Made by a program: the position numbers and the translations under genes
Notes under the pieces: generated by a model
The model's database searches: none
What the model saw: only the letters and a program-made list of their open reading frames with translations
Told to the model about the DNA's origin: nothing
Part shown: positions 31,535-44,419 of the stretch, one piece after another
Layout of the letters: the number at the start of each line of letters is the position of its first letter
How positions within the stretch are numbered: the first letter of the stretch is position 1
Assembly (NCBI GenBank): GCA_964016885.1
Contig: OZ024741.1
Span: 115,754,001 to 115,818,000 of the forward strand
Direction of reading: 5' to 3'
DNA: 64,000 nt
From: Eledone cirrhosa
Taxonomy: Eukaryota

Positions 31535-34500
31535 GTTACATTTGTCATAGAATATAGATATAAACCTGATTGAAAGATTTTGTTGAGGTGGGGGTTACAT
31601 TTGTCATAGAATATAGATATAACTCTGATTGAAAGATTTTGTTGTGGTGGAGGTTACATTTGTCATAGAATAGAGATATAACACTGATTGAAAGATTTTG
31701 TTGAGGTGGGGGTTTCATTTGTCATAGAATATAGATATAACCCTGATTGAAAGATTTTGCTGAGGTGGGGGTTACATTTGTCATAGAATAGAGATATAAC
31801 ACTGATTGAAAGATTTTGTTGAGGCGGGGGTTACATTTGTCATAGAATATAGATATAACCCTGATTGAAAGATTTTGCTGAGGTGGGGTTTACATTTGTC
31901 ATAGAATAGAGATAAAACACTGATTGAAAGATGTTCTTGAGGTGAGGGTTACATTTGTCATAGAATATAGATATAACTCTCATTGAAAGATGTTCTTGAG
32001 TTGGGGTTACATTTGTCATAGAATATAGATATAACTCTGATAGAAAGATGTTCTTGGGGTAGGGGTTACATTTGTCATAGAATATAGATATAACTCTGAT
32101 AGAAAGTTGTTCTTTGGGTAGGGGTTACATTTGTCATAGAATATACATATAATTCTGACTGAAAGATGTTCTTGAGGTGGGGGTTACATTTGTCATAGAA
32201 CATAGATATAACTCTGACTGAAAGATGTTCTTGAGGTGGGGGTTACATTTGTCATAGAATATAGATATAACTCTGATAGAAAGTTGTTCTTGGGGTAAGG
32301 GTTACATTTGTCATAGAATATACATATAATTCTGACTGAAAGATGCTCTTGAGGTGGGGGTTACATTTGTCATAGAATATAGATATAACTCTGACTGAAA
32401 GATATTATTGAGGTAGGGGTTACAATTGTCATAGAATATAGATATAACTCTGATCGAAAGATTTACTTGAGGTGTGGGTTACATTTGTCATAGAATATAG
32501 ATATAACTCTGATTGAAAGATATACTTGAGGTGAGGGTTACATTTCTCATGGAATATAGACATAACCCTGATCGAAAGATGTTCTTGATGTGGGGGTTAC
32601 ATTTGTCATAGAATATAGGTATAACTCTTATTGAAATATTATCTTGAGGTAGGGGTAACATTTGTCATAGAATATAGATATAACTCTGAGTGAAAGATGT
32701 GCTTGAGGTAGGAGTTACATTTGTCATAGAATATAGATATAACTCTGATTGAAAGATGTTCTTGAGATGGGGGTTACATTTGTCATAGAATATAGATATA
32801 TCTCTGAATGAAATATGTACTTGAAGTAGGGGTTACATTTGTCATAGAATATAGATATAACCCTGATTGAAAGATTTTGTTGAGGTGGGGGTTACATTTG
32901 TCATAGAATATAGATATAACTCTGATTGAAAGATTTTGTTGAGGTGGGGGTTACATTTGTCATAGAATATAGATATAACTCTGATTGAAAGATTTTGTTG
33001 AGGTGGGGGTTACATTTGTCATAGAATATAGATATAACTCTGATTGAAAGATTTTGTTGAGGTGGGGGTTACATTTGTCATAGAATATAGATATAACTCT
33101 GATAGAAAGATGATCTTGAGGTAGGGGTTACATTTGTTATAGAATATAGATATAACTCTGATTGAAAGATGTTCTTGAGGTGGGGGTTACATTTGTCATA
33201 GAATATAGATATAACTCTGATTGAAAGATGTTCTTGAGGTGGGGGTTGCATTTGTCATAGAATATAGATATAACTCTGATTGAAAGATGTTCTTGACGTG
33301 GGGGTTACATTTGTCATAGAATATAGATGTAACTCTGATTGAAAGATGTTCTTGGGGTGGGGGTTACATTTGTCATAGAATATATATATAACTCTGATAG
33401 AAAGATGTTCTTGAGGTGGGGGTTACATTTGTCATAGAATATAGATATTACCCTGATTGAAAGATGTTCTGCAGGTGGGGTTACATTTGTCATAGAATAT
33501 AGATATAACTCAGACTAAAAGATTATCTTGAGGTAGGGGTTACATTTGTTATAGAATATAGATATAACCCTGATTGAAAGATGTTCTTGAGGTGGGGGTT
33601 ACATTTGTCATAGAATATAGAAATAACTCTGATTGAAAGATGTTCTTGAGGTTGGGGTTACATTTGTCATAGAATATAGATATAACTCTGATTGAAAGAT
33701 GTTCTTGAGGTGGGGGTTACATTTGTCATAGAATATAGATATAACTCTGATTGAAAGATGTTCTTGAGGTGGGGGTTACATTTGTCATAGAATATAGATA
33801 TAACTCTGATTGAAAGATGTTCTTGAGGTGGGGGTTACAATTGTCATAGAATATAGATATAACTCTGATTGAAAGATGTTCTTGAGGTAGGGGTTACATT
33901 TGTCATAGAATATAGATATAACTCTGATAGAAAGATGTTCTTGGGGTAGGGGTTACATTTGTCATAGAATATACATATAATTCTGACTGAAAGATGTTCT
34001 TGAGGTGGGGGTTACATTTGTCATAGAATATAGATATAACTCTGAGTGAAAGATGTTCTTGAGGTGGGGGTTACATTTGTCATAGAATATAGATATAAAC
34101 CTGATTGAAAGATTTTGTTGAGGTGGGGGTTACATTTGTCATAGAATATAGATATAACTCTGATTGAAAGATTTTGTTGTGGTGGAGGTTACATTTGTCA
34201 TAGAATAGAGATATAACACTGATTGAAAGATTTTGTTGAGGTGGGGGTTTCATTTGTCATAGAATATAGATATAACCCTGATTGAAAGATTTTGCTGAGG
34301 TGGGGGTTACATTTGTCATAGAATAGAGATATAACACTGATTGAAAGATTTTGTTGAGGCGGGGGTTACATTTGTCATAGAATATAGATATAACCCTGAT
34401 TGAAAGATTTTGCTGAGGTGGGGTTTACATTTGTCATAGAATAGAGATAAAACACTGATTGAAAGATGTTCTTGAGGTGAGGGTTACATTTGTCATAGAA

Positions 34501-36630
34501 TATAGATATAACTCTCATTGAAAGATGTTCTTGAGTTGGGGTTACATTTGTCATAGAATATAGATATAACTCTGATAGAAAGATGTTCTTGGGGTAGGGG
34601 TTACATTTGTCATAGAATATAGATATAACTCTGATAGAAAGTTGTTCTTTGGGTAGGGGTTACATTTGTCATAGAATATACATATAATTCTGACTGAAAG
34701 ATGTTCTTGAGGTGGGGGTTACATTTGTCATAGAACATAGATATAACTCTGACTGAAAGATGTTCTTGAGGTGGGGGTTACATTTGTCATAGAATATAGA
34801 TATAACTCTGATAGAAAGTTGTTCTTGGGGTAAGGGTTACATTTGTCATAGAATATACATATAATTCTGACTGAAAGATGCTCTTGAGGTGGGGGTTACA
34901 TTTGTCATAGAATATAGATATAACTCTGACTGAAAGATATTATTGAGGTAGGGGTTACAATTGTCATAGAATATAGATATAACTCTGATCGAAAGATTTA
35001 CTTGAGGTGTGGGTTACATTTGTCATAGAATATAGATATAACTCTGATTGAAAGATATACTTGAGGTGAGGGTTACATTTCTCATGGAATATAGACATAA
35101 CCCTGATCGAAAGATGTTCTTGATGTGGGGGTTACATTTGTCATAGAATATAGGTATAACTCTTATTGAAATATTATCTTGAGGTAGGGGTAACATTTGT
35201 CATAGAATATAGATATAACTCTGAGTGAAAGATGTGCTTGAGGTAGGAGTTACATTTGTCATAGAATATAGATATAACTCTGATTGAAAGATGTTCTTGA
35301 GATGGGGGTTACATTTGTCATAGAATATAGATATATCTCTGAATGAAATATGTACTTGAAGTAGGGGTTACATTTGTCATAGAATATAGATATAACCCTG
35401 ATTGAAAGATTTTGTTGAGGTGGGGGTTACATTTGTCATAGAATATAGATATAACTCTGATTGAAAGATTTTGTTGAGGTGGGGGTTACATTTGTCATAG
35501 AATATAGATATAACTCTGATTGAAAGATTTTGTTGAGGTGGGGGTTACATTTGTCATAGAATATAGATATAACTCTGATTGAAAGATTTTGTTGAGGTGG
35601 GGGTTACATTTGTCATAGAATATAGATATAACTCTGATAGAAAGATGATCTTGAGGTAGGGGTTACATTTGTTATAGAATATAGATATAACTCTGATTGA
35701 AAGATGTTCTTGAGGTGGGGGTTACATTTGTCATAGAATATAGATATAACTCTGATTGAAAGATGTTCTTGAGGTGGGGGTTGCATTTGTCATAGAATAT
35801 AGATATAACTCTGATTGAAAGATGTTCTTGACGTGGGGGTTACATTTGTCATAGAATATAGATGTAACTCTGATTGAAAGATGTTCTTGGGGTGGGGGTT
35901 ACATTTGTCATAGAATATATATATAACTCTGATAGAAAGATGTTCTTGAGGTGGGGGTTACATTTGTCATAGAATATAGATATTACCCTGATTGAAAGAT
36001 GTTCTGCAGGTGGGGTTACATTTGTCATAGAATATAGATATAACTCAGACTAAAAGATTATCTTGAGGTAGGGGTTACATTTGTTATAGAATATAGATAT
36101 AACCCTGATTGAAAGATGTTCTTGAGGTGGGGGTTACATTTGTCATAGAATATAGAAATAACTCTGATTGAAAGATGTTCTTGAGGTTGGGGTTACATTT
36201 GTCATAGAATATAGATATAACTCTGATTGAAAGATGTTCTTGAGGTGGGGGTTACATTTGTCATAGAATATAGATATAACTCTGATTGAAAGATGTTCTT
36301 GAGGTGGGGGTTACATTTGTCATAGAATATAGATATAACTCTGATTGAAAGATGTTCTTGAGGTGGGGGTTACAATTGTCATAGAATATAGATATAACTC
36401 TGATTGAAAGATGTTCTTGAGGTAGGGGTTACATTTGTCATAGAATATAGATATAACTCTGATAGAAAGATGTTCTTGGGGTAGGGGTTACATTTGTCAT
36501 AGAATATACATATAATTCTGACTGAAAGATGTTCTTGAGGTGGGGGTTACATTTGTCATAGAATATAGATATAACTCTGAGTGAAAGATGTTCTTGAGGT
36601 GGGGGTTACATTTGTCATAGAATATAGATA
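31535..36630. repeat. Apparently identical tandem duplication, 43 monomers (2,535 bp) x2
   Basis: TAAACC at 31561/34096, AGATGCTC at 32341/34876, GGTGTGGG at 32471/35006 and ATTACCC at 33447/35982 are all 2535 apart. Confidence 0.88.
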
Positions 36631-39600
36631 TAACTCTGATAGAAAGATGATCTTGAGGTAGGGGTTACATTTGTCATAGAATATACATATAATTCTGACT
36701 GAAAGATGTTCTTGAGGTGGGGGTTACATTTGTCATAGAAAATAGATATAACTCTGACTGAAAGATGTTCTTGAGGTGGGGGTTACATTTGTCATAGAAT
36801 ATAGATATAACTCTGACTGAAAGATGTTCTTGAGGTGGGGGTTACATTTGTCATAGAATATATATATAACTCTGATAGAAAGATGTTCTTGAGGTGGGGG
36901 TTACATTTGTCATAGAATATAGATATTACCCTGATTGAAAGATGTTCTGCAGGTGGGGTTACATTTGTCATAGAATATAGATATAACTCAGACTAAAAGA
37001 TTATCTTGAGGTAGGGGTTACATTTGTTATAGAATATAGATATAACCCTGATTGAAAGATGTTCTTGAGGTGGGGGTTACATTTGTCATAGAATATAGAA
37101 ATAACTCTGATTGAAAGATGTTCTTGAGGTTGGGGTTACATTTGTCATAGAATATAGATATAACTCTGATTGAAAGATGTTCTTGAGGTGGGGGTTACAT
37201 TTGTCATAGAATATAGATATAACTCTGATTGAAAGATGTTCTTGAGGTGGGAGTTACATTTGTCATAGAATATAGATATAACTCTGATTGAAAGATGTTC
37301 TTGAGGTGGGGGTTACAATTGTCATAGAATATAGATATAACTCTGATTGAAAGATGTTCTTGAGGTAGGGGTTACATTTGTCATAGAATATAGATATAAC
37401 TCTGATAGAAAGATGTTCTTGGGGTAGGGGTTACATTTGTCATAGAATATACATATAATTCTGACTGAAAGATGTTCTTGAGGTGGGGGTTACATTTGTC
37501 ATAGAATATAGATATAACTCTGAGTGAAAGATGTTCTTGAGGTGGGGGTTACATTTGTCATAGAATATAGATATAACTCTGATAGAAAGATGATCTTGAG
37601 GTAGGGGTTACATTTGTCATAGAATATACATATAATTCTGACTGAAAGATGTTCTTGAGGTGGGGGTTACATTTGTCATAGAAAATAGATATAACTCTGA
37701 CTGAAAGATGTTCTTGAGGTGGGGGTTACATTTGTCATAGAATATAGATATAACTCTGACTGAAAGATGTTCTTGAGGTGGGGGTTACATTTGTCATATA
37801 ATATAGATATAACTCTGATAGAAAGTTGTTCTTGGGGTAGGGGTTACATTTGTCATAGAATATAGATATAACTCTGATTGAAAGATGTTCTTGAGGTGGG
37901 GGTTACATTTGTCATAGAATATATATATAACTCTGATAGAAAGATGTTCTTGAGGTGGGGGTTACATTTGTCATAGAATATAGATATTACCCTGATTGAA
38001 AGATGTTCTGCAGGTGGGGTTACATTTGTCATAGAATATAGATATAACTCAGACTAAAAGATTATCTTGAGGTAGGGGTTACATTTGTTATAGAATATAG
38101 ATATAACCCTGATTGAAAGATGTTCTTGAGGTGGGGGTTACATTTGTCATAGAATATAGAAATAACTCTGATTGAAAGATGTTCTTGAGGTTGGGGTTAC
38201 ATTTGTCATAGAATATAGATATAACTCTGATTGAAAGATGTTCTTGAGGTGGGGGTTACATTTGTCATAGAATATAGATATAACTCTGATTGAAAGATGT
38301 TCTTGAGGTGGGGGTTACAATTGTCATAGAATATAGATATAACTCTGATTGAAAGATGTTCTTGAGATGGGGGTTACTTTTGTCATAGAATATAGATATA
38401 ACTCTGATTGAAAGATGTTCTTGAGGTGGGGGTTACATTTGTCATAGAATATAGATATAACTCTGATTGAAACATGTTCTTGAGTTGGGTGTTACAATTG
38501 TCATAGAATATAGACATAACTCTGATTGAAAGATGTTCTTGAGGTAGGGGTTACATTTGTCATAGAATATAGATATAACTCTGATAGAAAGATGTTCTTG
38601 GGGTAGGGGTTACATTTGTCATAGAATATACATATAATTCTGACTGAAAGATGTTCTTGAGGTGGGGGTTACATTTGTCATAGAATATAGATATAACTCT
38701 GAGTGAAAAATGTTCTTGAGGTGGGGGTTACATTTGTCATAGAATATAGATATAACTCTGATTGAAAGATTTTGTTGAGGTGGGGGTTACATTTGTCATA
38801 GAATATAGATATAACTCTGATTGAAAGATTTTGTTGAGGTGGGGGTTACATTTGTCATAGAATATAGATATAACTCTGATAGAAAGATGATCTTGAGGTA
38901 GGGGTTACATTTGTTATAGAATATAGATATAACTCTAATTGAAAGATGTTCTTGAGGTGGGGGTTACATTTGTCATAGAATATAGATATAACTCTGATTG
39001 AAAGATGTTCTTGAGGTGGGGGTTGCATTTGTCATAGAATATAGATATAACTCTGATTGAAAGATGTTCTTGACGTGGGGGTTACATTTGTCATAGAATA
39101 TAGATGTAACTCTGATTGAAAGATGTTCTTGGGGTGGGGGTTACATTTGTCATAGAATATAGATATAACTCTGATTGAAAGATGTTCTTGAGGTGGGGGT
39201 TACATTTGTCATAGAATATATATATAACTCTGATAGAAAGATGTTCTTGAGGTGGGGGTTACATTTGTCATAGAATATAGATATTACCCTGATTGAAAGA
39301 TGTTCTGCAGGTGGGGTTACATTTGTCATAGAATATAGATATAACTCAGACTAAAAGATTATCTTGAGGTAGGGGTTACATTTGTTATAGAATATAGATA
39401 TAACCCTGATTGAAAGATGTTCTTGAGGTGGGGGTTACATTTGTCATAGAATATAGAAATAACTCTGATTGAAAGATGTTCTTGAGGTTGGGGTTACATT
39501 TGTCATAGAATATAGATATAACTCTGATTGAAAGATGTTCTTGAGGTGGGGGTTACATTTGTCATAGAATATAGATATAACTCTGATTGAAAGATGTTCT

Positions 39601-42600
39601 TGAGGTGGGGGTTACAATTGTCATAGAATATAGATATAACTCTGATTGAAAGATGTTCTTGAGATGGGGGTTACTTTTGTCATAGAATATAGATATAACT
39701 CTGATTGAAAGATGTTCTTGAGGTGGGGGTTACATTTGTCATAGAATATAGATATAACTCTGATTGAAAGATGTTCTTGAGGTGGGGGTTACAATTGTCA
39801 TAGAATATAGATATAACTCTGATTGAAAGATGTTCTTGAGGTAGGGGTTACATTTGTCATAGAATATAGATATAACTCTGATAGAAAGATGTTCTTGGGG
39901 TAGGGGTTACATTTGTCATAGAATATACATATAATTCTGACTGAAAGATGTTCTTGAGGTGGGGGTTACATTTGTCATAGAATATAGATATAACTCTGAG
40001 TGAAAGATGTTCTTGAGGTGGGGGTTACATTTGTCATAGAATATAGATATAACTCTGATAGAAAGATGATCTTGAGGTAGGGGTTACATTTGTCATAGAA
40101 TATACATATAATTCTGACTGAAAGATGTTCTTGAGGTGGGGGTTACATTTGTCATAGAAAATAGATATAACTCTGACTGAAAGATGTTCTTGAGGTGGGG
40201 GTTACATTTGTCATAGAATATAGATATAACTCTGACTGAAAGATGTTCTTGAGGTGGGGGTTACATTTGTCATATAATATAGATTTAACTCTGATAGAAA
40301 GTTGTTCTTGGGGTAGGGGTTACATTTGTCATAGAATATAGATATAACTCTGATTGAAAGATGTTCTTGAGGTGGGGGTTACATTTGTCATAGAATATAT
40401 ATATAACTCTGATAGAAAGATGTTCTTGAGGTGGGGGTTACATTTGTCATAGAATATAGATATTACCCTGATTGAAAGATGTTCTGCAGGTGGGGTTACA
40501 TTTGTCATAGAATATAGATATAACTCAGACTAAAAGATTATCTTGAGGTAGGGGTTACATTTGTTATAGAATATAGATATAACCCTGATTGAAAGATGTT
40601 CTTGAGGTGGGGGTTACATTTGTCATAGAATATAGAAATAACTCTGATTGAAAGATGTTCTTGAGGTTGGGGTTACATTTGTCATAGAATATAGATATAA
40701 CTCTGATAGAAAGATGTTCTTGGAGTAGTGGTTACATTTGTCATAGAATATACATATAATTCTGACTGAAAGATGTTCTTGAGGTGGGGGTTACATTTGT
40801 CATAGAAAATAGATATAACTCTGACTGAAAGATGTTCTTGAGGTGGGGGTTACATTTGTCATAGAATATAGATATAACTCCGACTGAAAGATGTTCTTGA
40901 GGTGGGGGTTACATTTGTCATAGAATATAGATATAACTCTGATAGAAAGTTGTTCTTGGGGTAGGGGTTACATTTGTCATAGAATATACATATAATTCTG
41001 ACTGAAAAATATTCTTGAGGTGGGGGTTACATTTGTCATAGAATATAGATATAACTCTGATAGAAAGTTGTTCTTGGGGTAGGGGTTACATTTGTCATAG
41101 AATATACATATAATTCTGACTGAAAGATGTTCTTGAGGTGGGGGTTACATTTGTCATAGAATATAGAAATAACTCTGATTGAAAGATGTTCTTGAGGTTG
41201 GGGTTACATTTGTCATAGAATATAGATATAACTCTGATTGAAAGATGTTCTTGAGGTGGGGGTTACATTTGTCATAGAATATAGATATAACTCTGATTGA
41301 AAGATGTTCTTGAGGTGGGGGTTACAATTGTCATAGAATATAGATATAACTCTGATTGAAAGATGTTCTTGAGATGGGGGTTACTTTTGTCATAGAATAT
41401 AGATATAACTCTGATTGAAAGATGTTCTTGAGGTGGGGGTTACATTTGTCATAGAATATAGATATAACTCTGATTGAAAGATGTTCTTGAGTTGGGGGTT
41501 ACAATTGTCATAGAATATAGACATAACTCTGATTGAAAGATGTTCTTGAGGTAGGGGTTACATTTGTCATAGAATATAGATATAACTCTGATAGAAAGAT
41601 GTTCTTGGGGTAGGGGTTACATTTGTCATAGAATATACATATAATTCTGACTGAAAGATGTTCTTGAGGTGGGGGTTACATTTGTCATAGAATATAGATA
41701 TAACTCTGAGTGAAAAATGTTCTTGAGGTGGGGGTTACATTTGTCATAGAATATAGATATAACTCTGATAGAAAGATGTTCTTGGAGTAGTGGTTACATT
41801 TGTCATAGAATATACATATAATTCTGACTGAAAGATGTTCTTGAGGTGGGGGTTACATTTGTCATAGAAAATAGATATAACTCTGACTGAAAGATGTTCT
41901 TGAGGTGGGGGTTACATTTGTCATAGAATATAGATATAACTCCGACTGAAAGATGTTCTTGAGGTGGGGGTTACATTTGTCATAGAATATAGATATAACT
42001 CTGATAGAAAGTTGTTCTTGGGGTAGGGGTTACATTTGTCATAGAATATACATATAATTCTGACTGAAAAATATTCTTGAGGTGGGGGTTACATTTGTCA
42101 TAGAATATAGATATAACTCTGATAGAAAGTTGTTCTTGGGGTAGGGGTTACATTTGTCATAGAATATACATATAATTCTGACTGAAAGATGTTCTTGAGG
42201 TGGGGGTTACATTTGTCATAGAATATAGATATAACTCTGAGTGAAAGATGTTCTTGAGGTGGGGGTTACATTTGTCATAGAATATAGATATAACTCTGAT
42301 AGAAAGATGTACTTGAGGTGGGGGTTACATTTGTCATAGAATATAGATATAACTCTGTTTGAAAGATGTTCTTGAGGTGGGGGTTACATTTGTCATAGAA
42401 TATAGATATAACTCCGATAGAAAGATGTTCTTGGTGTAGGGGTTACATTTGTCATAGAATATACATATAATTCTGACTGAAAGATGTTCTTGAGGTGGGG
42501 GTTACATTTGTCATAGAATATAGATATAACTCTGACTGAAAGATGTTCTTGAGGTGGGGGTTACATTTGTCATAGAATATAGTTATAACTCTGTCTGAAA

Positions 42601-44419
42601 GATGTTCTTGAGGTGGGGGTTAAATTTGTCATAGAATATAGATATAACTCTGATAGAAAGATGTTCTTGGGGTAGGGGTTACATTTGTCATAGAATATAT
42701 ATATAACTCTGTTTGAAAGATGTTCTTGAGGTGGGGGTTACATTTGTCATAGAATATAGATATAACTCTGACTGATAGATATTAATGAGGCAGGGGTTAC
42801 AATTGTCATAGAATATAGATATTACTCTGATCGAAAGATATACTTGATGTGGGGGTTACATTTGTCATAGAATATAGATATAACTCAGATTGAAAGATGT
42901 TCTTGAGGTGAGGGTTACATTTGTCATAGAATATAGATATAACTCTGATTGAAAGATGTTCTTGAGTTGGGGTTACATTTGTCATAGGATATAGATATAA
43001 CCCTGATGGAAAGATGTTCTTGAGGTGGGGGTTACATTTGTCATAGAATATAGATATAACTCTGATTGAAAGATTTTGTTGAGGTAGGGGTTACATTTGT
43101 CATAGAATATAGATATAACTCTGTTTGAAAGATGTTCTTGTGGTAGGGGTTACATTTGTCATAGAATATAGATATATCTCTGAATGAAAGATGTTCTTGA
43201 GGTAGGGGTTACATTTGTCATAGAATATAGACATAACCCTGATCGAAAGATGTTCTTGAGGTGGGGGTTACATTTGTCATAGAATATAGATATAACTCTG
43301 AGTGAAAGATGTACTTGAAGTAGGGGTTACATTTGTCATAGCATATAGATATAACCCTGATTGAAAGATTTTGTTGAGGTGGGGGTTACATTTGTCATAG
43401 AATATAGATATAACTCTGATTGAAAGATTTTGTTGAGGTGGATGTTACATTTGTCATAGAATAGAGATATAACACTGATTGAAAGATTTTGTGGAGGTGG
43501 GGGTTACATTTGTCATAGAATATAGATATAACTCTGATAGAAAGTTGTTCTTTTGGGTAGGTGTTACATTTGTCATAGAATATACATATAATTCTGACTG
43601 AAAGATGTTCTTGAGGTGGGGGTTACATTTGTCGTAGAATATAGATATAACTCTGAGTGAAAGATGTTCTTGAGGTGGGGGTTACATTTGTCATAGAATA
43701 TAGATATAACTCTGATAGAAAGATGTACTTGAGGTGGGGGTTACATTTGTCATAGAATATAGATATAACTCTGTTTGAAAGATGTTCTTGAGGTGGGGGT
43801 TACATTTGTCATAGAATATAGATATAACTCTGAAAGAAAGATGTTCTTGGGGTAGGGGTTACATTTGTCATAGAATATACATATAATTCTGACTGAAAGA
43901 TGTTCTTGAGGTGGGGGTTACATTTGTCATAGAATATAGATATAACTCTGACTGAAAGATGTTCTTGAGGTGGGGGTTACATTTGTCATAGAATATAGTT
44001 ATAACTCTGTCTGAAAGATGTTCTGGAGGTGGGGGTTAAATTTGTCATAGAATATAGATATAACTCTGATAGAAAGATGTTCTTGGGGTAGGGGTTACAT
44101 TTGTCATAGAATATATATATAACTCTGTTTGAAAGATGTTCTTGAGGTGGGGGTTACATTTGTCATAGAATATAGATATAACTCTGACTGAAAGATATTA
44201 AAGAGGTAGGGGTTACAATTGTCATAGAATATAGATATAACTCTGATCGAAAGATATACTTGATGTGGGGGTTACATTTGTCATAGAATATAGATATAAC
44301 TCAGATTGAAAGATGTTCTTGAGGTGAGGGTTACATTTGTCATAGAATATAGATAAAACTCTCATTGAAAGATGTTCTTGAGTTGGGGTTACATTTGTCA
44401 TAGGATATAGATATAACTC

